From a bacterium (GTDB lineage: Bacteria > JAUVQV01 > DATDCY01), in assembly GCA_036524115.1 (NCBI GenBank), contig DATDCY010000279.1, positions 1 to 58,146 on the forward strand: a stretch of DNA of 58,146 nucleotides, given 5' to 3'. Below, one piece after another: positions 49,868-58,146 of the stretch (its first letter is position 1; every line of letters starts with the position of its first letter). A program made the translations under genes and the position numbers. Under the pieces are notes generated by a model. That model had not been told where the DNA came from and ran no database searches. It saw nothing but the letters and a program-made list of their open reading frames with translations.

Positions 49868-50734
49868 TCAGAAGCTGAAGTCGAAGGCCTTCGGGTCCAC
49901 GCGCGCCTTCCGCAGCACCGCGAAAGTCGGGGCGAAGTCCATCCCCGTGGTGGCGACGAAGCCCTTGCAGCCGAAGGCGCGCCTCGCCGCCTCCGCCTTC
50001 TCGCCCGTGTCGGCCTCGAGTCCGAGGAGGGCCTTCGCGATCAGCGCGCCGACCTTCTCGAACACCACCGGCGGCATGATGAACGTGTTGTCCGGGTGCT
50101 CCTCGGCGCCGGAGCCGACGAGCGCGAGGCCCGGGCGCTCCGTCGGCGAGAACACCGTGCTCTTGACCACCGCGTAGTCGGCCGTCCCGGCGGCCACCGC
50201 CTCCAGCGCCGCCTGGTGCGAAGCCACCGGCACCGGCGTCCACACGCTCTCGGGCGCGTCCCCCGGCGCGAGCAGGCCGCGGAGGAAGACCTCGCCCGCG
50301 GAGGCCAGCGGCGTGAACGCAACGCGCCTGCCCCTGAGATCGTCGACCCCGCCGAACGGCTTCGTGCCCTCCTTCGCGACGATGGAGGCGTGATAGGTGG
50401 ACCCGCCGTTCGCGGCCAGCGGCCGGGCGACCGGCTTCGCGAGCCCCTTGGCGATGAAGACCGCGGCGACGAAGGAGCCGGAGAACATGCCCTCGACGTC
50501 GCCCTGCTTGAACAGCCGCGCGGCCTCGGGGTAGTCCTTCGCGATGCGCAGCTTGATGTCGCCGAGCAGGGGGTTGACCGAGCGCAGGTACTCGCCGAGC
50601 GCCTCGTACCTCGGCCGCTCCTTCTCGGCGTCGAGCGGCGCCATGACGACGAAGTGCAGGGTCTCCGCGGCCCGGGCGGCCGGCGCGGCGGCCAGCGCGA
50701 GGCACGCCGCGAGGATCACCATGGCTCTCTTCAT
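49868..50734 (-). CDS. PhnD-like periplasmic substrate-binding protein (phosphonate/phosphite-binding fold)
   Basis: ATG 50734 and signal peptide MKRAMVILAACLALAAAPAARA. RYEALGEYLRSV...IKLRIAKDYPEAARLFKQGDVEGMFSGSF fits the PhnD-type SBP pattern. It ends 15 nt before the kinase gene. Confidence 0.7.
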   Translation of the reverse strand: MKRAMVILAACLALAAAPAARAAETLHFVVMAPLDAEKERPRYEALGEYLRSVNPLLGDIKLRIAKDYPEAARLFKQGDVEGMFSGSFVAAVFIAKGLAKPVARPLAANGGSTYHASIVAKEGTKPFGGVDDLRGRRVAFTPLASAGEVFLRGLLAPGDAPESVWTPVPVASHQAALEAVAAGTADYAVVKSTVFSPTERPGLALVGSGAEEHPDNTFIMPPVVFEKVGALIAKALLGLEADTGEKAEAARRAFGCKGFVATTGMDFAPTFAVLRKARVDPKAFDFSF

Positions 50735-50860
50735 CCCACGTCCCTCCCTCGTTGCCCCGTCCGGATCTGCCGTGCGCCCGATGCGCCCATTGTGGCACCG
50801 CCCGGGACGACCCTCAAGCCTCGCGAGCCGCAGGGGCAGCGCAATGACTGACGCACATCG

Positions 50861-50869
50861 TGATAAAAT
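50861..50869 (+). promoter_or_regulatory. extended -10 (TGATAAAAT) for the acyltransferase gene, near-leaderless
   Basis: An AT-rich TGnTAAAAT ends 9 nt before ATG 50879. Confidence 0.4.
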
Positions 50870-50878
50870 ATACCGATA

Positions 50879-51994
50879 ATGTTTGGAATCTACCGCACGC
50901 TCCTCGCGCTGCTGGTCGTCACCACCCATCTCTACGGCCTGTTCTTCAACGGGATCTACGCCGTCTTCGGCTTCTACCTGCTCAGCGGGTTCCTCATGAC
51001 GATGATCATGCACGAGACCTACGGCTACACCCTCCCGGGGCGCTGGCGGTACCTCGTCAACCGCTTCCTGCGGATCTTCCCGCCGTACTGGGCGGCCATC
51101 GCGCTCACCGTCGTCCTGATCCTCGTCTTCGGCGAGGGCGCGCTCACCCGCTTCCACCGGGCGATCTATCTGCCGCGCACGGCCGGGGAGATCCTGCGCA
51201 ACGTCTTCCTGGTCTTCCAGAAGGACTCGCTGCCCCGCCTCTCCCCCGCGACCTGGGCGCTGACCGTGGAGCTCACCTACTACCTGCTGATCTGCCTGGG
51301 GATCAGCGCCACCAGGAGGCGCGCCGGCGCGTGGGCGGCCGCCAGCGTCCTGTACACGGCGGGCGCGCTGGCCTTCGCGAAGAGGGGCAGCCTGCCGGCG
51401 CTGACCTACTCGAGCATCCTCGCGGGCTCGCTGCCGTTCTCGCTGGGGAGCTTCCTGTACTTCGTGGCGCGCGAGCGCAGGTTCGAGGGGCTCTTCCGCA
51501 GGAGCCTGCTGCTGCGCCCGGAGGCGCTGACGGTCGCGCTGCTCGCCAACATGACGCTCTTCACCGCCCTGGCGCGCGCGAAGAAGTCCTACACGATGCT
51601 CGGCTTCACCCACGGACTGTACGTGAACCTGGCCATCGTCCTGCTCCTGACGCTGAGCCTCTTCCACGGCAAGGGGTACGCGGGCACCTCGGCGCGCTGG
51701 GACAAGGCCATCGGGGACTTCAGCTACCCGGTCTACCTGCTCCACTGGCAGACGGGCTTCCTCACCTCGATCGCCGTCGTGGGCCGGCCGTTCCACGGGT
51801 TCGGCGGGAGAGGCCTCCAGAACCTCCTGGTCGCGATTCCCGCCGTCCTCCTCCTCTCCTTCCTGTTCATCCGCGCGATCGACGGGCCGATCAACCGCCT
51901 GCGCCGGCGGGTGAAGGCCGCGGGGGCGGACGAGGGCGGGCGCGCGAAGGGCGAGGCGCCGCTCGCCCCTGCGCCGAGCTCCGCGCAGGGGTGA
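50879..51994 (+). CDS. acyltransferase family 3 (OafA-like) integral membrane O-acyltransferase
   Basis: Polytopic. The N-terminal pattern LLALLVVTTHL...GFYLLSGFLMT and ...RFLRIFPPYW is typical of acyltransferase_3. Confidence 0.8.
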   Translation: MFGIYRTLLALLVVTTHLYGLFFNGIYAVFGFYLLSGFLMTMIMHETYGYTLPGRWRYLVNRFLRIFPPYWAAIALTVVLILVFGEGALTRFHRAIYLPRTAGEILRNVFLVFQKDSLPRLSPATWALTVELTYYLLICLGISATRRRAGAWAAASVLYTAGALAFAKRGSLPALTYSSILAGSLPFSLGSFLYFVARERRFEGLFRRSLLLRPEALTVALLANMTLFTALARAKKSYTMLGFTHGLYVNLAIVLLLTLSLFHGKGYAGTSARWDKAIGDFSYPVYLLHWQTGFLTSIAVVGRPFHGFGGRGLQNLLVAIPAVLLLSFLFIRAIDGPINRLRRRVKAAGADEGGRAKGEAPLAPAPSSAQG

Positions 51995-52026
51995 GCGGCG
52001 CGGAGGCGGCGCGTCGTGAGCGGGAG

Positions 52027-53766
52027 ATGACCGCGAAGCGGCGCGTGGCGGCGATCGGCCTCGGCCTCGCCGGCGCGATCCTGCTCGCCTACCTGCCGGT
52101 CCTCGGCAACGGTTTCGTCAACTTCGACGATTACGCCTACCTCTGGGACGGCAGCCTCGTCAGGGACGGCCTCAGCGCCCGGGGCCTCGTCTGGGCGTTC
52201 ACGACCACCCACGCGGGCAACTGGCACCCGCTCACGTGGCTCTCGCACATGGCGGACGTGCAGGCCTTCGGCATGGACGCGCGCTGGCACCACGGGGCCA
52301 GCCTGGCACTGCACGCCGCCAACGCCGTGCTCCTCTTCCTCGGGCTGCGCTCGCTGACGGGGGCGACCCGGGCCAGCGCGGTCGTCGCCGCGCTCTTCGG
52401 CCTCCACCCGCTCCACGTCGAGGCCGTCGCCTGGACGTCCGAGCGCAAGGAGCTGCTCTGCACCTTCTTCTGGCTGCTCGCCGCCGGCGCCTACGTGCGA
52501 CAGGTGCGCCGGCCGCGGCCCTTCGGCGGTGTGCCGGCGTTCGCACTCCTCGCGCTCGCGCTGCTCGCCAAGCCGATGGCCGTCACGGCACCCCTTGTCT
52601 TCCTCCTGCTCGATTTCTGGCCCCTGGGTCGCCTCGCGGGACTGGCGCAGGGCAATCCGCGCGGGCAACGCGTCACACGCCTCCTCCTCGAGAAGGCGCC
52701 GCTGTTTGCGCTCGCCGGCGCCGCCGCGATCGTCACCTACCTCGTCCAGTCCGGCTCGGGGGCCATCCGCTCCATGGAGAGGCTCCCGCTGGGGCTGCGC
52801 GTCGCGAACGCGGCCGTGAGCACCGCCGGCTATGCGCTGCAGGCGCTCCTGCCGCGGGACCTGGCGGTGTTCTATCCACACCCCATGGGGGGGCTCGACT
52901 TCGGGAAGGCCCTCGCGGCGGCGGTCGCGCTGGCGGCCGTGACGGCGCTCGTCCTCGCGCGCGCCCGGCGCGCGCCGCACCTGGCCTGGGGGTGGTGCCT
53001 GTTCCTGGTCACGCTGGCGCCCGTCATCGGCATCGTCCAGGCCGGAGGGCAGGGAATGGCCGACCGCTACACCTACGTCCCGCTGACGGGTCTGTTCGTC
53101 GCGGCGGTCTGGGGCGTCCGCGGGCTGCCGGGGCGGGCGCCGGCCGCCGGAAGGCTGCTGGCGCCGGCCGTCGCGGCCGCCCTGCTCGGGTGCGCGGCGC
53201 TGACGTGGCGCCAGGCGTCGTACTGGCGCGACAGCGTCACCCTCTACGAACGGGCGCTGGCCGTCACCCCGCCGAGCTGGATCGTGGTCAACAGCCTCGC
53301 GACGGCCTGGTACGAGCGGGGCGACCTGGCGCGGGCGGAGCGGCAGTACCGGCGCGCCCTCGGGCTCCAGCCGCGCAGCCCGGAGTCGCTGGTGAGCCTC
53401 GGCATCATCCTGGCGCGGACCGGCCGCGTGCAGGAGGCCGACGGCTATTTCCAGGCCGCGATGCTCGCGGACCCGAAGTACCCCAAGGCGCGCCTGAACT
53501 ACGGGCTCGCCCTGGCGTGGAAGGGCCGGGGCGCGGAGGCGCTCGTCCAGCTGCGCGAGGCGGTGCGCCTGGACGCCGCCTACGCCGAGGGGCGCCTGGC
53601 CCTCGGGACTGCGCTCGAGGCCGCCGGAATCGCGCAGGAGGCGTCGGCGCAGCTGCGGGAGGCCTTCAGCCGCGATCCCGGCCTCATCGCGCGCAAGGGG
53701 GAATACGAGCAGCTCCTGCGCCGGGCCTTTCCGCGCCGGGACGACGGGGGCGTCCCGGCTCCTTGA
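52027..53766 (+). CDS. TMTC/DUF1736-like GT-C + TPR protein (paralog e)
   Basis: ATG 52027. FDDYAY, NWHPLTWLSHMAD, HPLHVEAVAWTSERKELL and FLLLDFWPLGR, with C-terminal TPRs. Confidence 0.8.
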   Translation: MTAKRRVAAIGLGLAGAILLAYLPVLGNGFVNFDDYAYLWDGSLVRDGLSARGLVWAFTTTHAGNWHPLTWLSHMADVQAFGMDARWHHGASLALHAANAVLLFLGLRSLTGATRASAVVAALFGLHPLHVEAVAWTSERKELLCTFFWLLAAGAYVRQVRRPRPFGGVPAFALLALALLAKPMAVTAPLVFLLLDFWPLGRLAGLAQGNPRGQRVTRLLLEKAPLFALAGAAAIVTYLVQSGSGAIRSMERLPLGLRVANAAVSTAGYALQALLPRDLAVFYPHPMGGLDFGKALAAAVALAAVTALVLARARRAPHLAWGWCLFLVTLAPVIGIVQAGGQGMADRYTYVPLTGLFVAAVWGVRGLPGRAPAAGRLLAPAVAAALLGCAALTWRQASYWRDSVTLYERALAVTPPSWIVVNSLATAWYERGDLARAERQYRRALGLQPRSPESLVSLGIILARTGRVQEADGYFQAAMLADPKYPKARLNYGLALAWKGRGAEALVQLREAVRLDAAYAEGRLALGTALEAAGIAQEASAQLREAFSRDPGLIARKGEYEQLLRRAFPRRDDGGVPAP

Positions 53767-53800
53767 ATCCATCCGTGATCGGCGACGCACCTTGACCCCG

Positions 53801-55225
53801 ATGCCGGAGAAGCGGCCGCTCAGTCGCTCCCTGCCCTGGCTGCTGCTTGCGATCGTGGCCGTCGGGACGCTCCTGCGCCTCCCGGGGCTCCGGACCGAGC
53901 TGTGGTTCGACGAACTCTGGTCGCTCCTGCGTGTCGCGTCCTTCCGCTCCCCGGCGGAGGTCTTCACGAACTTCCCCAGCGCGACGAATCACCACCTCGT
54001 TTCCCTCTGGCTCTGGCTGCTCGGGCCGGACCGCGCGTGGTGGAGTTACCGCATCCCATCGCTGGTCGCCGGCGTCGGGGCCGTGCTGCTGGCGGCGCGC
54101 CTGGGCCTGCGCCGCTCGCCGCGGGCCGCCCTGTGGTGCGCGGGGATTCTCGCCTTCTCGCACGTGATGATCCTCTACTCGACCGAGGCCCGCGGCTATG
54201 CCCTGGCCTGCTTCTTCGCGCTGCTGGCGTGGGAGCGCCTCGAGACATACTTCGAGAGGCACTCCGTCGCCGCCCTGGCGGGGTACTGGGCGGCGTGCAT
54301 CCTCGGCGCCCTGGCGCATCCCACGTTCCTCTCGGCCGCCGTCGGCCTGGCGCTCTGGTCGGCCGCCGTCCTGATGCTGCCGGAGAGACGCTGGCGCGGC
54401 GCGCTCCGGTTCGTCGCGCTGCAGGGCGTGCCGGCGCTCTTCGCCGCGACCTGGTACTGGCTCGAGCTGCGCCAGGTCTCGGATGCGGGGGGCGTCGCCG
54501 TCTCGTTCTGGGACGCCCTGCGCGGGCGCGCCGGCGACCTGCTCGGGGTCGGCGACCTGCCCGCGCTCCAGACGGCGGCTGCCGTCCTGCTCGGCGTCGC
54601 GACCCTGGCGGCCCTCATCCGCCTGGCCCTGGCGCGGGACCTGCGCTGGCTGCTCTACGCCGGGGCCTGCGCGATCGGTCCCGCGATCGTCGCGGCCCTC
54701 AACGAGCAGTCGCTGCGCTTCCCCCGCTACTACCTCGTTCCCGCCGGTTTTCTGTCCGTGCTGCTCGGCACTGAAATCGCGCGCTCCTGGGACCGGAGGC
54801 ACGTCCGGCCGGCCCTCGTCCTCCTGGCCGTGGCGTGGGTGGCCGCAAACGCCTGGCAGACCTGGGTCTTCGCGCGCGACGGCCGCGGCCACTATCTCGA
54901 GGCCGTGCGCTACATGGACGAGCGCAGCCCGGGGGCTCCCTTCCGCTTCGCTTCGATGGGTGACACGCGCGCCGAGGTGCTCGTGGGGTACTACCGGCGC
55001 TACCTGCCGCCGCACCGCCAGCCGCGCTTCGTGCGCGGCCGCGACCTGGTGACGGTTGCACCGGAGTGGTTCCTCAACCACCTGGTCCCCGACGAGCAGG
55101 CGATGATGGCCCCGGTCGTCCAGTTCGGACCGGTCCGGTACCGGCTGCTCGCCTCGTTCCCCAGCTCGCGCCTGTCCGGCTTCCGGGAGGGCGTCTATCT
55201 GCGCGCCGACCTGCCCACGCCATGA
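53801..55225 (+). CDS. GT39/ArnT/PMT_2-like membrane glycosyltransferase
   Basis: ATG 53801 (the track starts at TTG 53792). Polytopic, with LRLPGLRTELWFDELWSL (a DE-type first-loop motif). Confidence 0.7.
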   Translation: MPEKRPLSRSLPWLLLAIVAVGTLLRLPGLRTELWFDELWSLLRVASFRSPAEVFTNFPSATNHHLVSLWLWLLGPDRAWWSYRIPSLVAGVGAVLLAARLGLRRSPRAALWCAGILAFSHVMILYSTEARGYALACFFALLAWERLETYFERHSVAALAGYWAACILGALAHPTFLSAAVGLALWSAAVLMLPERRWRGALRFVALQGVPALFAATWYWLELRQVSDAGGVAVSFWDALRGRAGDLLGVGDLPALQTAAAVLLGVATLAALIRLALARDLRWLLYAGACAIGPAIVAALNEQSLRFPRYYLVPAGFLSVLLGTEIARSWDRRHVRPALVLLAVAWVAANAWQTWVFARDGRGHYLEAVRYMDERSPGAPFRFASMGDTRAEVLVGYYRRYLPPHRQPRFVRGRDLVTVAPEWFLNHLVPDEQAMMAPVVQFGPVRYRLLASFPSSRLSGFREGVYLRADLPTP

Positions 55226-55290
55226 CGGCGACCGCGCGGCGCTCGTGCCGCCATTGACAGCCCGCCGGCGGACCGCTACATAGCCGGGGC

Positions 55291-56979
55291 ATGCGCGGAT
55301 CCCGCTGGCTGGCCGGAGTCCTGCTCGGCGTCCTCGCCGTCGGTGTCTACCTGCCCGCCATCGTCCAGGGCGGATGGATCTGGGATGACGACTTCTACGT
55401 CACGAAGAACGAGCACCTCGACGGGGCGGCGGGCCTCGCCGACATCTGGCTTGACCGCCGCTCCACGCCCCAGTACTACCCGCTCGTCTTCACGACCTTC
55501 TGGGTCGAGAAGCGCCTCTGGGGGCTCGCGCCCGCCGGCTATCACGCCGTCAACGTCCTGATCCACGCAGCCGCCGCGGTGCTCGCCTGGCTGGCGCTCC
55601 GGCGCCTCTCGCTGCCCGCGGCCTGGGTCGCGGCGGCGGTCTTCGCGCTGCACCCCGTGCAGGTGGAGTCCGTCGCCTGGGTCACCGAGCGCAAGAACGT
55701 CCTCTCGGGACTCTGCTATTTCGGCTCCTTCCTCGCCTACCTGCGCTTCTCGCCGCCGGATCGGGAGGAAGCGCCGCCGGCCCGCCGCTGGCGCTTCTTC
55801 GCCCTCGCCTTCCTGCTCTTTCTCGGCGCGCTGCTCGCCAAGAGCGTGACGAGCACCCTGCCCGCGGCGATCCTGCTCGCGCTGTGGTGGAAGCGCGGCC
55901 GTCTCGCGCCGCGCGACGTGCTTCCCCTGGTCCCCTTCTTCCTCGCCGGGGCGCTCCTCGGCGCGAACACGGCCTGGCTCGAGAAGTACAAGGTCGGCAC
56001 CCACGGACCGGAGTGGGCGCTCTCCGCCCTCCAGCGCACGCTGATCGCCGGCCGCGCGGTCTGGTTCTACGCGGGCAAGCTCCTCTGGCCCCATCCGCTC
56101 ACGTTCATCTACCCGCGCTGGCCGGTGGCCGCCCCGGCGTGGTGGTGGTACCTCTACCCGGCCGCGGCGGCGGCCCTGGTGGCCGCCCTCTGGCGCCTGC
56201 GCGGGCGCATCGGCCGCGGGCCCCTCGCGGCCGCCCTCTTCTTCGGCGGGACGCTGCTTCCGGCTCTCGGCTTCGTCAACTTCTACCCGATGCGCTACTC
56301 CTTCGTCGCCGACCACTTCCAGTACCTCGCCAGCCTGGGGCCGATCGCGCTGCTCGTCGGCGGCGCCGCCTGGCTGCTCCAGCGCCGCGCGCCGGGCCAC
56401 CCGCGCCTGCCCGCCGCCGCGGCGACACTGCTGCTGGCCGTCCTCGCGACCCTCACCTGGCGGCAGGCCGGGATCTACCGCGACGAGGAGACGCTCTGGC
56501 GCGACACCGTCGCGAAGGACCCCGGCTCGCCGCTCGCGAACTTGAGCCTGGGGAACCTGCGCTTCGCCGCGGGCGACCTGGCCGCCGCCAGGCGCCACTT
56601 CGAACTGGCGCTGGTCGACAAGCCCGACTTCGCGCAGGCCTGGCACAACCTCGGCATGATCGTCGGCCGCGAAGGGGACCTTGCGGGGGCGGCCCGCGAC
56701 TTCGACCAGGCGATCCGTTTCAACCCGTACTTCGCGGAGGCGTACGAGAACCTCGGCGTCGCGCGCGGCATGCAGGGCGACCACGCGCGGGCCGCCGCCG
56801 CCTTCGAGAGGTCCGTCGCGCTCAAGCCGGAGGCGCCCGGCGCCTGGCTCAACCTCGCGCGCTCCTACGAGCGGCTCGGCCGGGCGGCCGACGCCGTGGC
56901 GACCCTGCGCGCGGCGCGCGAGCGCTTCCCCGGCGATGCCGCCGTGCTGCAGCGACTGCGGGAGGCGGCGCACCGATGA
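55291..56979 (+). CDS. TMTC/DUF1736-like GT-C + TPR protein (divergent paralog f)
   Basis: WDDDFY, YYPLVFTTFW and HPVQVESVAWVTERKNVL, with C-terminal TPRs (AWHNLGMIV..., AYENLGVAR...). Confidence 0.8.
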   Translation: MRGSRWLAGVLLGVLAVGVYLPAIVQGGWIWDDDFYVTKNEHLDGAAGLADIWLDRRSTPQYYPLVFTTFWVEKRLWGLAPAGYHAVNVLIHAAAAVLAWLALRRLSLPAAWVAAAVFALHPVQVESVAWVTERKNVLSGLCYFGSFLAYLRFSPPDREEAPPARRWRFFALAFLLFLGALLAKSVTSTLPAAILLALWWKRGRLAPRDVLPLVPFFLAGALLGANTAWLEKYKVGTHGPEWALSALQRTLIAGRAVWFYAGKLLWPHPLTFIYPRWPVAAPAWWWYLYPAAAAALVAALWRLRGRIGRGPLAAALFFGGTLLPALGFVNFYPMRYSFVADHFQYLASLGPIALLVGGAAWLLQRRAPGHPRLPAAAATLLLAVLATLTWRQAGIYRDEETLWRDTVAKDPGSPLANLSLGNLRFAAGDLAAARRHFELALVDKPDFAQAWHNLGMIVGREGDLAGAARDFDQAIRFNPYFAEAYENLGVARGMQGDHARAAAAFERSVALKPEAPGAWLNLARSYERLGRAADAVATLRAARERFPGDAAVLQRLREAAHR

Positions 56980-58146
56980 CCCGGCCGCGCCCGACGGCGC
57001 CCGGACGGCCCCTGTCGAGCGCTCGTGCCGTCGCTGCCCTGCTCGCCGCGGCGACCCTGGCCGCGTTCCTGCCGCTGCTCGACGCCGGTTTCATCAACCT
57101 CGACGACCCGACCTACGTGACCGAGAATGCGCACGTGCGGGACGGCTGGAGCGCCGCGGCCGCGCGCTGGGCACTGACCGGCTTCGATGCGGCCAACTGG
57201 CACCCGCTCACCTGGGCCTCGCACCTGACCGACGTCTGGCTCTTCGGGCTGCGGCCGGCGGGCCACCACGCCACGAGCCTCGGGCTTCACGCCCTTGCCG
57301 CGGCGCTGCTGGCGCTTGCACTGGCGCGCCTGACGGGCCGCGTCTGGCCTGGGACGCTCGCCGCGGCGCTCTTCGCGCTGCACCCGCTGCGCGTCGAGTC
57401 CGTTGCCTGGGTCGCCGAGCGCAAGGACGTCCTCGCCGGCCTCCTCGGCGCGGCCACGCTCCTGCTGTACGCGCGACACGTGCGCCGCCCCTCGCCGCGG
57501 CGGCTGGTCGCGGTGACCGCCGCCTTCGCGCTCGGGCTCATGGCCAAGCCGACGCTGGTCACCCTCCCGCTGCTCCTGCTGCTGCTGGACTGGTGGCCGC
57601 TGGGGCGGCTGCGCGCCGCTTCGACCGCGCCGCGCGCCCGCCTCATCCTGGAGAAGGCGCCGCTGCTGGCGCTGTCGGCGGCCTCCTGCGTCGTCACCTA
57701 CCTGGCGCAGGCGCGGCAGGGGGCCATGGTCGGGGCCGAAGTCTTTCCCATCGGCGACCGTGCGCTCAACGCGCTGTCGTCGTACGGCGCCTACCTCGGC
57801 AAGACCCTCTGGCCGGCCGCCCTCGCGCCGTTCTATCCGCACCGCGGCGCAGGCCTGGCGCCCGCAACGGCCCTCCTGCTTGCAACGCTGCTGGCCGGGA
57901 TCTGCGCCGCGGCCTGGACGCTGCGGCGGCGGTGCCCCTGGCTCCTCTGCGGCTGGCTCTGGTTTCTCGGGGCGCTCGTCCCCATGATCGGCCTGGTGCA
58001 GGTCGGCCTCCAGGGAATGGCGGACCGCTACACCTACCTCCCCTCGATCGGTCTGGCCCTGGCGTCGTCGTGGGCGCTGCTGCCTCCCGGGGCGGGGGGC
58101 GGGCGCGCCGGCGCGGCCCGCACGGCGGCAGCCGCGGTCGTCCTCG
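56976..58146 (+). CDS. TMTC/DUF1736-like GT-C protein (paralog g), 3' end outside window
   Basis: Not in the ORF track because it has no stop in the window. ATG 56976 overlaps stop 56977-56979 (ATGA). My translation gives MTRPRPTAPGRPL...FINLDDPTYV...NWHPLTWASHLTD...HPLRVESVAWVAERKDVL...LLLLDWWPLGR...IGLVQVGLQGMADRYTYLP. Confidence 0.75.
   Translation, partial: MTRPRPTAPGRPLSSARAVAALLAAATLAAFLPLLDAGFINLDDPTYVTENAHVRDGWSAAAARWALTGFDAANWHPLTWASHLTDVWLFGLRPAGHHATSLGLHALAAALLALALARLTGRVWPGTLAAALFALHPLRVESVAWVAERKDVLAGLLGAATLLLYARHVRRPSPRRLVAVTAAFALGLMAKPTLVTLPLLLLLLDWWPLGRLRAASTAPRARLILEKAPLLALSAASCVVTYLAQARQGAMVGAEVFPIGDRALNALSSYGAYLGKTLWPAALAPFYPHRGAGLAPATALLLATLLAGICAAAWTLRRRCPWLLCGWLWFLGALVPMIGLVQVGLQGMADRYTYLPSIGLALASSWALLPPGAGGGRAGAARTAAAAVVL

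Noticed and set aside
37517-58146. Repeated DNA/protein blocks (NWHPLTWLSH, HPLHVESVAW, LLLLDFWPLGR) considered as IS elements or dispersed repeats
   Set aside because: The similarity is at the protein level, between full-length intact paralogs in one orientation. I saw no terminal inverted repeats, transposase or target duplications.
1-58146. tRNA, rRNA, CRISPR arrays, prophage or transposase genes
   Set aside because: None recognised by eye on either strand. The few intergenic regions are short and accounted for by promoters, terminators or the hairpin elements. A tRNAscan/Infernal run would be needed to exclude small RNAs formally.

Overview
Very GC-rich (about 70% by eye, not computed), densely coding bacterial chromosomal segment. 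I saw no rRNA, tRNA, CRISPR array or transposase. Gene content suggests an anaerobic or microaerophilic, metal- or N-oxide-respiring lineage of the Geobacter/Anaeromyxobacter type: Geobacter-style CxxxxCH..CxxCH cytochrome repeats, a PxxKW protein and a selenoprotein. The taxonomy is inference only. Layout: (i) 1-13 kb holds a housekeeping and regulatory mix: murein transglycosylase, PilZ, a pyruvoyl arginine decarboxylase plus deoxyhypusine-synthase-like pair, flavodiiron protein, a small RHH/four-helix-bundle islet, PGK-NikR, Crp/Fnr, PAS kinase, PxxKW protein, an Fe-S protein and Ogt. (ii) 13-15 kb holds two secreted DUF1566 paralogs. (iii) 14.9-32.7 kb is one tightly packed minus-strand string of nine genes and is the best candidate here for an undescribed system. 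It encodes a 2372-aa multihaem cytochrome (29 CxxCH plus about 10 variants by hand count), a Big_1 Ig-like secreted protein, an EamA exporter, an HMGL-like synthase, a PLP enzyme, a ThiC-like enzyme, a HemN-like radical SAM enzyme and two SAM methyltransferases with signal peptides. (iv) 32.8-36.4 kb holds a Crp/Fnr regulator, an FNR-box class II promoter, a His-rich ferredoxin and an octahaem HAO-like cytochrome, plus an odd structured 0.7-kb intergenic region. (v) 36.5-58.1 kb is a glycosylation-type locus. It has seven TMTC/DUF1736-like GT-C+TPR paralogs, a GT39-like protein, an acyltransferase, a CHASE2 cyclase and a PhnD-like/hybrid kinase pair. It also has a DsbC/DsbG-like protein whose CxxC cysteine is replaced by an in-frame UGA followed by a SECIS-like hairpin. 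Many long alternate-frame ORFs in the track are GC-driven artefacts and were not called.
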